From: Chthonomonadales bacterium
GTDB lineage: Bacteria; Armatimonadota; Chthonomonadetes; Chthonomonadales; CAJBBX01
Length of the DNA: 64,000 bases
Direction of reading: 5' to 3'
Assembly (NCBI GenBank): GCA_037443035.1
Contig: JBBIPC010000002.1
Span: forward strand, 64,001-128,000
The notes beneath the pieces were generated by a model, which did no database searches, was not told the DNA's origin, and saw nothing but the letters and a program-made list of their open reading frames with translations. The translations under genes were made by a program, and so were the position numbers. Below are positions 48,358 to 58,701 of this stretch, one piece after another (position 1 is the first letter of the stretch; each line of letters starts with the position of its first letter).

Positions 48358-50961
48358 ATGCATCTCATACTCGTCATGCTTGCCGTCGGGAATGCGTCGG
48401 CTTCGCACGTTCCTACTGGAGTTGTAATGATGTCCCAGGTACCTTCCCGGGTACTTGCGTACCAGCCAAGCTCGGCCACTGCCACGCGGCGCTGGCAGGT
48501 GCAGTGCAGAAAGAAGCTGTTCGAGTTGATGATGGGCGGGCGCCAGCCGGCTCGGATCCCCCTGGCGCCGAAGGTGATTCGCCAGGTAGAGGTCCCTGGG
48601 GCTCCCTATGTGCTCGATGAAGTCACGATCCAAAGCTTGCCCGACCGCCGTGCCCATCTGTGGGTCGCTGCGCCCCGCCATACGAAGCGCAAGCATCCGC
48701 TCGTGCTAGCGATCCATGGCCACGGAGGAACTGGCGAGCAGATTGTACGGGGTGAATCCCTCTATTGGTATGGCAAGGCACTCGCTGAGATGGGCTACGT
48801 CGTGATCGCACCGGATGTGGGGTCGCACGAGCTGCAGCATCAGGCCTGGTGTCTTATGGGAGAACGGGTCTGGGACTGCATTCGGGCTCTCGACTATGCA
48901 GAGACTCGGAAGGATGTTGACCGAAGCCGTATGGCGGTCTGCGGGCTTTCCCTCGGTGGCGAGACAACCATGTACGTTGCGGCCCTGGATACGCGGCTCG
49001 AGGCCGTTTGCTCGTCCGGGTGGCTGACTACCGTAGCCAATATGCGCAACGGTCACTGTACTTGCTATGACTTTCCCGGATTGGCTGAGAACTTCGACTT
49101 CGCAGATATCTTCGGATGCATAGCGCCACGCCCTCTCGTGTGTGAGATTGGCGAGAAGGAGCGTGCCCCAGGAGGATTCCCCGTCTCCGTAGCGCGGCCG
49201 GCATTCGCCGAAATCCAGCGCGTCTACGCCGCATTCGGGAAGGCGAACAACGCAACGCTCACGATCCACCGGGGTGGGCATGTCTTCGTTGGCTATGACT
49301 TCTGGCCTATCCTGGCAAGGACGCTCGGCAATCAACCGCCATACAGGCCAGGCCGCGACTCGTGGGACGAGTGTCGGCGGCGTGGCGTCCTCTATGAACG
49401 CGCCATGGCACGAGCAACAGGCGTGCTTCGCGGATGGTGGGTTCTAAGGGACCCGAAGTTCGGCTTGCTGCCGCGCACGGTCACGGAACGTGTGTGGGCT
49501 CCTAACGACAACGCTGCCGACCTGCTCCCCTTCCTGTACCTCACCGAGGACTACACGGAGCAGGGCTACGCGCATGGGCTTCGCAAGATGCTATCGGACG
49601 AAGCACGCTTGTCCAACCGCCTGGGTGCTCTGCCCGATTGGTTCTCCCTCGAGACTGGGACTTGGGTCCATGCTACACCCGACGTGAACCGTATGATCTT
49701 CTGTGCTGCAGAGTACTGCAAGGACGGACTCATGCCGATGACGGAGGCCATGGGTCGCGGGCCATGGACCGAACGGATGATAGAGCTGATGGATGCCATC
49801 CTCCAGGCCGCTCCGGTAGAGACGGCCTACGGACGGATACCGGCTGCTGACACCGAGGTGAACGGCGACGTCCTGCAAGTCCTCGGCCGACTATACGCAA
49901 TGACCCGCGAACAGCGCTATCTCGACATGCTCCTGACCATCGCTGACGCGTACTGCTTCGAAGTGATACCGGGTACTGGCGGCATTCCTGCGTACAGATG
50001 GGACTTTGGCAAGCACACCGCGGTCGCAGACGCTTTCAGCCTCAATGACCACGGCAACGAGATCGTGCTGGGTCTGGTCGAAGCCTTCATCGCCGCCCAG
50101 TCCTTCGCACCAGAACGTGCCGAGAGATACCGCCCTCGGCTCCTCCGCATGGTCGGCCAGCTTCTCTCCAAGGCTAGGAACAACGATGGAATGTGGGTGG
50201 GTGAGGTCAGGGCGACGACCGGCCAGGTCCTGCAACCAGCCACGCCCGATACCTGGGGGTATGCTCTGTGCGGAGTCCTGGCCCTGGCCCGAGCGGCCGA
50301 TAGCCCCGAGCTTCGGGACGAGGTCGTCAGAGCGGTCGAATCGCTGCGCAAGCCGGTGTACGCGAACTGGAGCGGTGCGGATTCGTACGCAGATTCCATA
50401 GAGGGTGCCATACTACTCCAGAACCGGCTTCGCACGAGCGTTGTCGACTCGTGGCTCGATACCGTCCTTCCGATCTTCTTCGCCCACCAGAAGGACTCGG
50501 GCATTGTGGAAGGGTGGTATGGTGATGGCAACTTCGCACGAACGGCACTGATGGTTGCATTGTACGAATCGCAGGGTGTACGATGTGTTCCGTGGCAGAG
50601 CGGCCTTCGCTGTGGAGCCGTACGGACTGCAAGAGGCGTCCGATTGTCCATCCAGTCGGATGCACCATGGAATGGGCGTGTGATCTTCGATACTCCACGC
50701 CACCGAGAGGTGCTTGGCCTGGCGTGGGACTACCCACGGTTGAACCAGTGGCCGGAGTGGTTCGTAGTAGAGCATGGCAAGCGCTACGCCCTGCGCAAGA
50801 ACGGCGCTGCGACAGTGCTGGCGGCCGGCAGCGAGCTGGCAGCAGGTCTGCCTCTGAGCCTTCAAGCCGGCCAAGCCGCGACGATAGCGATAGACGAAGC
50901 GAGGGATGTGCCCCAGTCACCAGGCCAAGGGGAACAAACCACGCTGGCAAGCGTCCAATAA
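48358..50961 (+). CDS. Alpha/beta hydrolase fused to a helical (six-hairpin glycosidase-like) domain
   Basis: HGHGG, GLSLGG, APRP, GGH in the N-terminal half; C-terminal half has NAADLLPF, EYCKDG, DHGNE, PDTWGY; start uncertain. Confidence 0.65.
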   Translation: MHLILVMLAVGNASASHVPTGVVMMSQVPSRVLAYQPSSATATRRWQVQCRKKLFELMMGGRQPARIPLAPKVIRQVEVPGAPYVLDEVTIQSLPDRRAHLWVAAPRHTKRKHPLVLAIHGHGGTGEQIVRGESLYWYGKALAEMGYVVIAPDVGSHELQHQAWCLMGERVWDCIRALDYAETRKDVDRSRMAVCGLSLGGETTMYVAALDTRLEAVCSSGWLTTVANMRNGHCTCYDFPGLAENFDFADIFGCIAPRPLVCEIGEKERAPGGFPVSVARPAFAEIQRVYAAFGKANNATLTIHRGGHVFVGYDFWPILARTLGNQPPYRPGRDSWDECRRRGVLYERAMARATGVLRGWWVLRDPKFGLLPRTVTERVWAPNDNAADLLPFLYLTEDYTEQGYAHGLRKMLSDEARLSNRLGALPDWFSLETGTWVHATPDVNRMIFCAAEYCKDGLMPMTEAMGRGPWTERMIELMDAILQAAPVETAYGRIPAADTEVNGDVLQVLGRLYAMTREQRYLDMLLTIADAYCFEVIPGTGGIPAYRWDFGKHTAVADAFSLNDHGNEIVLGLVEAFIAAQSFAPERAERYRPRLLRMVGQLLSKARNNDGMWVGEVRATTGQVLQPATPDTWGYALCGVLALARAADSPELRDEVVRAVESLRKPVYANWSGADSYADSIEGAILLQNRLRTSVVDSWLDTVLPIFFAHQKDSGIVEGWYGDGNFARTALMVALYESQGVRCVPWQSGLRCGAVRTARGVRLSIQSDAPWNGRVIFDTPRHREVLGLAWDYPRLNQWPEWFVVEHGKRYALRKNGAATVLAAGSELAAGLPLSLQAGQAATIAIDEARDVPQSPGQGEQTTLASVQ

Positions 50962-51041
50962 GAGCGTCCACCGCCTGCTGAATGCTGGCGCTACACGAAA
51001 GAACAGTACTCCTTGGACCGACACGGATCGTTGCCACTGCC

Positions 51042-51935
51042 ATGTGCGGTATAGAAGACAGAGACGATAGCGACGCTTCCGAGCGGAAGACACTCGGCTA
51101 CCGTGAGCCACCGGACGCTGTTGCCGATGGTCTGTCGGCGCTGACGCGAGAGCCGCTCCTCACGCCCGAAGAGGAGAAAGCGCTCGCTACTGCCGCTCGT
51201 CGCGGCGATGCTGAGGCACGGCGCCGCCTCGTAGAGGCGAACATGCGGCTCGTCATCAACATTGCCCGACGCTACTACTGCCCCGAGGTTCCCCTAGAAG
51301 ACCTTGTTCAGGAAGGCGCCATCGGCCTGATGACCGCATGCGAGCGGTTCGACCCGGAAAGGGGCTACCGATTCAGTACCTATGCGACCCACTGGATCCG
51401 TCAGGCTATCAGCCGGGCCATAGACACCAAGGGGCGCCCCATAAGGGTACCTGCATATGTGGCCGATAGCGTACGCAAGATCGAGCGATGCCGGATGGAG
51501 CTCGCCAAGGAGCTCGGCCACGAACCGACGTTGGAGCAACTCTCACAGTTCTCCGGGATACCCCAGCGGCGATTGCTGGAATACATGCGCGCAACCCAGG
51601 ACCTACTATCTCTGGAGGCCTTAGCAGGCCGAGAGGAGCGGACGAACCTATGGGGTGCCGTCGGGCACGCCGCTATTCTGGACCCGGAGGATCAGGTGCT
51701 GGACAGCGAACTGCAGCGAGAGATCGAGCATATCCTGAACGGCCTGAGCGAGAGAGAACGCGCGATCATGCGCCGTCGTTTCGGCTTCGACGACGATCAG
51801 GAAAGGGCGCTTCAAGAGATCGGGAGCGAGTTCGGCATTTCCCGCGAGCGCGTGCGGCAGATCGAGGCCATCGCCCTACGACGCCTGCGCGCTGCAGCAC
51901 GTCGGCGTCGCCTCCATGAGTTTCTCGCACCCTGA
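51042..51935 (+). CDS. RpoD/SigA-family alternative sigma factor without region 1.1
   Basis: LLTPEEE, ANMRLV, DLVQEG, FSTYATHWIRQ, SRERVRQIE; start may be 50982. Confidence 0.9.
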   Translation: MCGIEDRDDSDASERKTLGYREPPDAVADGLSALTREPLLTPEEEKALATAARRGDAEARRRLVEANMRLVINIARRYYCPEVPLEDLVQEGAIGLMTACERFDPERGYRFSTYATHWIRQAISRAIDTKGRPIRVPAYVADSVRKIERCRMELAKELGHEPTLEQLSQFSGIPQRRLLEYMRATQDLLSLEALAGREERTNLWGAVGHAAILDPEDQVLDSELQREIEHILNGLSERERAIMRRRFGFDDDQERALQEIGSEFGISRERVRQIEAIALRRLRAAARRRRLHEFLAP

Positions 51936-51989
51936 ACCGGTCCACGGGATGCTCTCAGCGGATCGAGCGCCTTTCCGCTGGCGTCCTCC

Positions 51990-53192
51990 CTACAGTACGA
52001 ACTGAGGGATCTTCAGCAACTCTCCTCCCTTTAGGGCAGACCGATGGGCGACGATGCCAGCGACGGTCATGGCCAGTGCCTGGCTGATGTCCACGAGCGG
52101 CTTCCGGTCGGCCAGAATGGCCTCGATGAACTCCGCCATGAGATAGCCATGAGATCCCCCATGGCCGCCTGCTTCGACGCCGGGCGGTAGCGGGGGTCTG
52201 CTCACGGACGGGAGTTCGAGGTCTATACCCTCCGTCTGGAACTGACCATAGAACGTCCCCTTCTGCGTACGGATCCTCCCCATTTCGCCGGAGAACCCAG
52301 GCGTATCCCAACTCACAGCCATGCGTGCCATGGCGCCGTCAGCCGTGCGGAAAAGGGCGATTTCGGTACCGTAGGGGTTCTTGTATCGGTTGTTCTTCGG
52401 CAGCAGATGCGGGATGGCACTGGGCACGCCCATGCACGAGACTTCAGTAAATGGCAGTCCCGTCACACCGGTGTAATAGGCGTTGGAGTGTGTCGGATAC
52501 CATTGTGGCGGCAAGCCGATTCGCCAGCCCTTGTACGAGTCGATGGGTTCCGGCATGTAGTGGTAGTACTCGCCCTCTGCGTACAGAACCTTACCGAGGT
52601 AGTTTCCACGATAGAGCTCGCGCATGGCGTGGAGATCCTCGTGGAAGTACGACGTCTCGAACATCATGTACTTGCGTCCTGTCTCCTTGACGGCCTTGAA
52701 AAGCGCCTCTGCTTCTTCCAGAGAACCAAACACAGCGGGCACCGCGGAAGCTACGTGCTTGCCGGCCCTGAGTGCTGCGATCGCCAGACGCGCGTGGCTA
52801 GGCGCATCCGTGGCAATGAACACCGCTTCCAGTGTGTCATCTTTGATCATCTCCTCACAGGAGGGATAGGTCTTCTCACAGCGGCAGACCTTCGCCAGTT
52901 CCGCACACCGATCCGGAATGATGTCGGTCACGGCGGCCACCGTAACGTTGGGATGATCCTGGAAACCGAACGCAGCACCGAACTTGCAGACGCCGTAGCC
53001 GGCTATCCCGACACGAACTTTTCTGTCGGAGACGGGCTTCCAGCGCTTCCATGCCTCGACATCGGTCTTTGCCTTCTCGAAGCCCTGAATCTGCCCTTGC
53101 TGTCCCATGACACCCTCCTGCAAGCCGAGCATGGCGGCGCCAGCACCAGCGCCCAGCGCAATGAGAAAAGATCGCCGTGTTGTCTCGCTCAT
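51990..53192 (-). CDS. Tat-exported Gfo/Idh/MocA oxidoreductase
   Basis: TRRSFL Tat motif; IAGYG, YPTH, GGHGGSH. Confidence 0.85.
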   Translation of the reverse strand: MSETTRRSFLIALGAGAGAAMLGLQEGVMGQQGQIQGFEKAKTDVEAWKRWKPVSDRKVRVGIAGYGVCKFGAAFGFQDHPNVTVAAVTDIIPDRCAELAKVCRCEKTYPSCEEMIKDDTLEAVFIATDAPSHARLAIAALRAGKHVASAVPAVFGSLEEAEALFKAVKETGRKYMMFETSYFHEDLHAMRELYRGNYLGKVLYAEGEYYHYMPEPIDSYKGWRIGLPPQWYPTHSNAYYTGVTGLPFTEVSCMGVPSAIPHLLPKNNRYKNPYGTEIALFRTADGAMARMAVSWDTPGFSGEMGRIRTQKGTFYGQFQTEGIDLELPSVSRPPLPPGVEAGGHGGSHGYLMAEFIEAILADRKPLVDISQALAMTVAGIVAHRSALKGGELLKIPQFVL

Positions 53193-53276
53193 CGTTCTAC
53201 CCCCTTACGAGTGACGAGATGATGGAGCAATTCGCCGACCGCCTCAGCCCCTCCTGCAGAAATGGTCATGACGTGC

Positions 53277-53305
53277 AAAAGGGGCCACCGATATGGCGGC
53301 CCCTT
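53277..53305 (-). terminator. Rho-independent terminator of the csp gene
   Basis: GGGGCC stem followed by TTTT on the minus strand. Confidence 0.75.
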
Positions 53306-53329
53306 CGACTGTTCCGACGTAGCGTGGAT

Positions 53330-53536
53330 CTACAGGATGACGACGTTAGCTGCGCGGAGGCCCTTGCCACGGGGATCGTTGACGACGTCGAACTGCACGC
53401 GCTGGCCCTCCGTCAGTTCACGGTAGCCGCTGCGCTGGATGGCACTGTAGTGGACGAAAACGTCCTCACCGTCGTCCTGTGCGAGGAACCCATAGCCCTT
53501 CGCGCCGTTGAACCACTTGACCGTTCCGGTCTTCAT
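53330..53536 (-). CDS. Cold-shock protein (CspA family)
   Basis: [23 protein letters not shown]. Confidence 0.97.
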   Translation of the reverse strand: MKTGTVKWFNGAKGYGFLAQDDGEDVFVHYSAIQRSGYRELTEGQRVQFDVVNDPRGKGLRAANVVIL

Positions 53537-53761
53537 TGTTTGCACCCTTTCTGGTGTGTGAGTTCGTGTTGATACTTGTGAGGGGGGTCGGATGAGACAC
53601 CAGTCGGGGACCGGACTACCAGCCGAACAACGCACGCCGTCGTAAGCTCGAACACGCTGCCCCTATGGGGCACTAGACTACTGTACCACAGATTCACCTG
53701 AAACGTTCCACGAATGGAGCAACTTTGTGGGTTTCTCCCTGAATCGGCCCCGGTGATATGC

Positions 53762-54880
53762 CTACACGACGGGTATCACGCGCACGAGCGCACACCCGTG
53801 GGGTTCCACTCGAGCCACATAGCTCCCGCGGAAGATGCCCACATCCTCTCGTGCCCAAACGTCGCGGATGATGCATGCCCGTCGGTCATGGAGACCAAGG
53901 CTTTCCCATGGAAGGGGCACAAGCCGAGCCTCCTTGTCACCTCGGTTGAACAACCCTACGGCCACAGAGCCATCCGCCAACGGCTTGGCCCACATTTCGC
54001 CGTGAAGCCACTCGTCGCCGACACGCCGTGCCTGGATACCTAGCGGGTCCTGATTGATCGCGATGGCCTCTGGATGGGTGAGCAGAACGCGGGTCACAGT
54101 GTTCATTTGCCGGACATCGCACCCGATCATGAGAGGTGCTGCCAGCAGGCACCACAGGCCAAAGTGCGTTCGGTACTCAGTATCGGTGCACCCCTCCACT
54201 CCCACGTTTCCTCTACCATACATGCCGACCACGAGCATGTCTGGATCGTTCCAGCGGTTAGGACCCGCATAGGGCTCCAGACCGTTCTGACCGAACCCGA
54301 TCTGCTCGATGCTCTTCCAAGAGTCCACGATGTCGCCGGTCGTTCTCCACATATGGGCGCCGCACGATGCTCCCCATTTCCACGGCTCCTCGACTCCCCA
54401 GTTGCACATGCTATAGAGGATCGGCCGGCCTGTCTGGCGTAAGGCTTGTCCCATGCGACGATAGAGCATCTTGCCCTCGGTGCCAGGTGGTTTGTAGCAA
54501 TAATCGTATTTCAGAAAGTCCACACCCCATTCGGCGAAGGTAAGGGCATCGAGCTCCTCGTTGGCAAAGCTTCCGGGATAGCCCGCGCATGTCTGGGTGC
54601 CGACACAGGAGTAGATGCCGAACTTCAGGCCCTTGCTGTGCACGTACTCAGCCAACGTCCTGATGCCTTCGGGGAACTTATCGGGGTCCGGCACCAGGCG
54701 ACCGTCCTTGCTACGCTCGAGGCACGACCAGCAATCGTCAATGACGACGTACGTATAGCCGGCTTGCTTCAGCCCAGTATCGAGGAACGCGTCGGCCGTT
54801 TCCTGAACAACGGCGGCGTTGATCTCTCCACCGAACGTGTTCCATGAGTTCCAACCCATGGGGGGCGTGGGTGCAAGCAT
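53762..54880 (-). CDS. Alpha-galactosidase, GH27
   Basis: TPPMGWNSW, IDDCW, FLKYDYC, WRTTGD, WNDPDML. Confidence 0.93.
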   Translation of the reverse strand: MLAPTPPMGWNSWNTFGGEINAAVVQETADAFLDTGLKQAGYTYVVIDDCWSCLERSKDGRLVPDPDKFPEGIRTLAEYVHSKGLKFGIYSCVGTQTCAGYPGSFANEELDALTFAEWGVDFLKYDYCYKPPGTEGKMLYRRMGQALRQTGRPILYSMCNWGVEEPWKWGASCGAHMWRTTGDIVDSWKSIEQIGFGQNGLEPYAGPNRWNDPDMLVVGMYGRGNVGVEGCTDTEYRTHFGLWCLLAAPLMIGCDVRQMNTVTRVLLTHPEAIAINQDPLGIQARRVGDEWLHGEMWAKPLADGSVAVGLFNRGDKEARLVPLPWESLGLHDRRACIIRDVWAREDVGIFRGSYVARVEPHGCALVRVIPVV

Positions 54881-54955
54881 TCGTCAGTCCTCCTCGTTGT
54901 CTCATCACTCTCTCTATCGCTAACCTCACGGCACGTTACAGCGTCGTCGCCGTGC

Positions 54956-56236
54956 CTACTCCTCTATCCACGATCGCCCACTGACCGGCACTCCCTGAAT
55001 GCCCTCGATGTGGCGACCGTCCGGCGTGAACATGAGAAAATGATCGTTGCCGGGCCCAGGGCCGCGGCCTGTGGCATCCACGATGAGATACCCACTATCG
55101 AAATAGCGAAGCGAGTTCGGATTCAGCGGTTCCACGCCTTCCCAGTGGCCGTTCAGATACACCTCGACCCAGCCATGGGAAGCGACTACGTTCTCGAAGG
55201 CGCTATTGCCGCCGCCGAGTCGGATACCGTGGGCCACCATGGCTGGTACGCCGAGCGCACGGCACATAGCCACCATGAGGTTGCTCTGGTGGTGGCAGAC
55301 GCCCTTCCGATTCTTCAGGATGGAGGCCAGATCATCAGGGTAACCGTCAACGTATCGGACGTTGGCCCGGAGCCAATCCAATACCGCCTGGACCCGCTGA
55401 CCGGGCGTGCCGGATCGCATAGGCTGAACGATTGCCTGGAGATCCGCATCGGCAGGGTCATAGTCAATGCGGTTGCGGAAAGGCCCCAGTAGTAGAGTCA
55501 TGCCCGGCCCCAAGCTGCATTCTCGCGTGCGTTCCGCGAACGCCGCCCCGCGTACCCGTGGCGTATGCCTCACGTACGCCCGAAGCCGTAGCTCTTCAGC
55601 ACCGCTAGGGTTGGCGAACATGACGTCCCGTCCACCGATGGCCTGAATTCGGTAGCCCTTCGCTCCCTCTATCCAGATCCTGGCCCTCTGCCACAAGTGA
55701 CGCCGGAAGGGGACGTTGATCACCAGTTCGCCTTTCTGTAGTTTGTAGTCGGCCACGCGGAGCTTCCACGTCAGGTCGTAGGCCGTGGGCTTCGTAGCTG
55801 CACGATAGGACTGCCGCTCATGGTCCAGGCTGCGGTTGCGCGCAGCAGGAGGTAGTTTCTCCTCCTCGGCAAGCACCTTGCCCGCTAGGCGCGTATCTCC
55901 GGCGGCCATGGCCGATTCGTACAATTGCGAGAGGGACCAGCTCGTCTTGCCATTGCGTCGGATGTTCTCCCAGGCGTTCGCCAGCGACTCGCGCCACTTG
56001 CCCTGGTGCATCTGCGCCCATGCCAGGCTTCGCCAGGTGTACTCCGTCCCTGGTGAAAGCGCATGGGCCCTCAGCAACGCCTGCTCCATAGCAGCCATGT
56101 CGCCGCGTGCCTTGGCAGCTTCGGCCTCTTGCAGGAGTGTATCGAACGACACCTGCAGCGGTGTAGCGGCTACGGTCACCAGAAGCCCTAACCAGACGGT
56201 GATGGCAGCGCTAGATCGGCCCATTTGACCGCTCAC
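54956..56236 (-). CDS. Exported TPR-like plus transglutaminase-like domain protein
   Basis: Hydrophobic N-terminus, helical repeats, GVCHHQS, RALGVPA, HGWVEV. Confidence 0.8.
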   Translation of the reverse strand: MSGQMGRSSAAITVWLGLLVTVAATPLQVSFDTLLQEAEAAKARGDMAAMEQALLRAHALSPGTEYTWRSLAWAQMHQGKWRESLANAWENIRRNGKTSWSLSQLYESAMAAGDTRLAGKVLAEEEKLPPAARNRSLDHERQSYRAATKPTAYDLTWKLRVADYKLQKGELVINVPFRRHLWQRARIWIEGAKGYRIQAIGGRDVMFANPSGAEELRLRAYVRHTPRVRGAAFAERTRECSLGPGMTLLLGPFRNRIDYDPADADLQAIVQPMRSGTPGQRVQAVLDWLRANVRYVDGYPDDLASILKNRKGVCHHQSNLMVAMCRALGVPAMVAHGIRLGGGNSAFENVVASHGWVEVYLNGHWEGVEPLNPNSLRYFDSGYLIVDATGRGPGPGNDHFLMFTPDGRHIEGIQGVPVSGRSWIEE

Positions 56237-56290
56237 GTGGAGTTCCCCCTTTGCATAGTGCCCATGGCTTCGTCCGACGATGTCAGCGGC

Positions 56291-58666
56291 TCACAGCACT
56301 CGCTTTGCGGCCCGTGCGGCAACGAGCTGGCAGGGCAGGCAGTAGTCAGCAACTTTCCGCCCCGGCGGCAGCGAGACCTGCTCAAAGGCCGTAAGGTGCC
56401 CTCGCGCTTGGTGGTACAGGATGTGCCCCCAGAGTACATACCGGTATTCGTTCCGCATCCTGAGTGTCCACAAGCCCTCGAGATAGTCTGCCAATGTCCA
56501 GTCATCCGCGTGATCCTCGAAGCGGGTCATGCCAAGCCACTGTCCGCCGGCGCTGAGCCGAGCGCGCACCACGCGCCGCATGAGATCCTCTGGCAAGGCA
56601 CCACTGGAGAGCAGTTCGGGCCAGTAGCGATAGTTCGTGTACGATCCGAGCCGTGACGCTGTGATACGGCCCACAGGACGGGCCATTGTCCCCTCGCCCT
56701 CGGCCTCCACCATGGGTTTCAGCCACCACTCCTCCTCGGAGCGGGGCCATGTATCACGGACGGCCTCGAGCAGGCGCAGTTTCAGCCGCAGCCCATGAAG
56801 ACGTATGGCTTCACTTTCGCGCGCTCTGCGTAGTCGCTTCTCAAGAATCCAGGACCAGTCCATAAGCCCCCGCCAGAGCCACGCATTGTTGTGGAAATAC
56901 GTTGCCTCATCGGAGGCCGTGTCCGCTTCGGGTACACCCTTGACCAATCTCGGCGCCGTCGCCCCTCCGGTCCAATCCAAGACACGTCGTACGAGCGCGA
57001 CTGCCGACTTGACGTGCCGACTCAGCCACTCCACGCTCCCGCCTCGCTGCAGAAGCCGCCGCACGGTGGTTAGCAGTTGGCCGTATTCGCTGATCGAAGG
57101 GGCATAGTAACGAATGCTGCCGTCGTCTGCCACGAAGGTGCGCAGCCAGTAGCCCATCAGTGCCTCGGCCCGCTGGATCATCCCCCATTGCGTCAGCGCA
57201 TCCACTGCGGCGATGATCGTGGGGGGAAAGCCGTCATGCTCCGGAGCGGCATAGGCCCCGACACCGTACTTCGGATGATCGCCCTGGAAGGTCGCCTCTA
57301 TGTGGGCCAGCCCCACGCGTATCGACCATACGAGAAGCTGCCGTAGCGGCATCTCGTCAGTTCGCAGGGGTGTCTCCGGAATGCCCGGAACCGTGAGGTT
57401 AGCGGCTATATGCCAGATCCTGGCTGGGTCGAAAGCTGGCTCCCCATGGAGCGGTTCTGCGCACGCCTCCATGATCTCTGGCATGCGTGCGCCTGCTTCC
57501 AACAGCCGCCGCCGGTACGGATCCGTCAGGCTATCCACGGAGGGCTTCTCAGGTTCTCTCCGTCGCTGCGATCGCCCGCACCACCGCCGGGGGCGCCAGG
57601 CCCTGAGCAGGGCTCCGTACTCCCCCAAAGGGGGTTCCCCATACTTCTCCAGATACGCCGCGTCGAGGAACACGCCGAAGGATGTCACGTGGCGGATACC
57701 GCGGCTGCCGTAAGCATCGAGATCCGCAGCGACCACGGGAGCACTCCACGGCAGGCGAGGCGCCGGCTTCTTCCAACCAGCGAACCGCGACAGGTCCAGC
57801 CAGTACTCCAGTACCTGCGCGCCGGCGGCGCCGAAGATCTTCAGATTGGCTTCGAGGGCTTCTAGCGTATCGGTGCACTCCGGTGCCCTCTGCTGCTCGA
57901 AGGGAACGTCATGACGCCGATGGATTGGTGCGAACTCGAGAAAGACCTTCGGAGCGGGCTTGACACTCGTTGGCGGCAGTAGCGTGTTGTGGTACGCCAA
58001 GTGCGCTACGGTCGCCCTCCCATCGTGCGCCGCGAGCACGGACGCCAGGTGATTGGCCAGCAAGAGCGCCTGGTCGCTGTCGGACAGTTCCCGGCATTTC
58101 GGGCACCTGCACCAGGGCGCAGCATCATCGCCCCACAAGAAGTAGCGACCCGTCGTCGGCTGGAGTGCCCAAGCAATGCGTGCCGCGTTGTCGGCAACAG
58201 TCTCCAGGGCCTGCTTGGAGTGGACGCAGAGATTATGCTCCCGAACACGCCGCCCGGCATCGTCCATTCGGAACATCGAGGGTTCTCGCTCGAACAGCTC
58301 GCGCGGCAGCAACTCGCTCATAGCGTGCAGCTCGTACTCCACTTCCAGCCCTAACGATGCGCACCGATCCAGAAAGGCGTCTCCCCGGGCAGACTGTACG
58401 AACGCCATCACGGCACTGGGCGTGGGATGCAACGCGATCGTTGTCAGCCCGGCGCGCTTCGCTCGTTCTGGCCAGTCCTCCAGCGATAGGTCTTCCGGCG
58501 TCAGCACGATGCCGCGCGTAACGAACGAGTTTTCGTCGGAAACCGCAGGCATGGCAGCCATCAGTTCGGAGCCCGGCCCAAGAGTCCCTGCAGCCGCGAG
58601 CAGCAGTTCGCGCCGTGAGACTGCAGAGAATCGCGTGAACTGGTAGCCGGCACGGTACGTGCCCAC
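56291..58666 (-). CDS. Tat-signal two-domain protein: DUF4838-like N-terminal half plus helical glycosidase-like C-terminal half
   Basis: SRRELL; WCRCPKC, HLAYHNT, LEYWLD; second half has DGFPP, SEYGQ, GVPEAD, YTNYRYW. Confidence 0.6.
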   Translation of the reverse strand: MGTYRAGYQFTRFSAVSRRELLLAAAGTLGPGSELMAAMPAVSDENSFVTRGIVLTPEDLSLEDWPERAKRAGLTTIALHPTPSAVMAFVQSARGDAFLDRCASLGLEVEYELHAMSELLPRELFEREPSMFRMDDAGRRVREHNLCVHSKQALETVADNAARIAWALQPTTGRYFLWGDDAAPWCRCPKCRELSDSDQALLLANHLASVLAAHDGRATVAHLAYHNTLLPPTSVKPAPKVFLEFAPIHRRHDVPFEQQRAPECTDTLEALEANLKIFGAAGAQVLEYWLDLSRFAGWKKPAPRLPWSAPVVAADLDAYGSRGIRHVTSFGVFLDAAYLEKYGEPPLGEYGALLRAWRPRRWCGRSQRRREPEKPSVDSLTDPYRRRLLEAGARMPEIMEACAEPLHGEPAFDPARIWHIAANLTVPGIPETPLRTDEMPLRQLLVWSIRVGLAHIEATFQGDHPKYGVGAYAAPEHDGFPPTIIAAVDALTQWGMIQRAEALMGYWLRTFVADDGSIRYYAPSISEYGQLLTTVRRLLQRGGSVEWLSRHVKSAVALVRRVLDWTGGATAPRLVKGVPEADTASDEATYFHNNAWLWRGLMDWSWILEKRLRRARESEAIRLHGLRLKLRLLEAVRDTWPRSEEEWWLKPMVEAEGEGTMARPVGRITASRLGSYTNYRYWPELLSSGALPEDLMRRVVRARLSAGGQWLGMTRFEDHADDWTLADYLEGLWTLRMRNEYRYVLWGHILYHQARGHLTAFEQVSLPPGRKVADYCLPCQLVAARAAKRVL

Positions 58667-58701
58667 TTCTGCGATCCAGCCCTCGCTGTTGCCTGGGCTC
58701 C

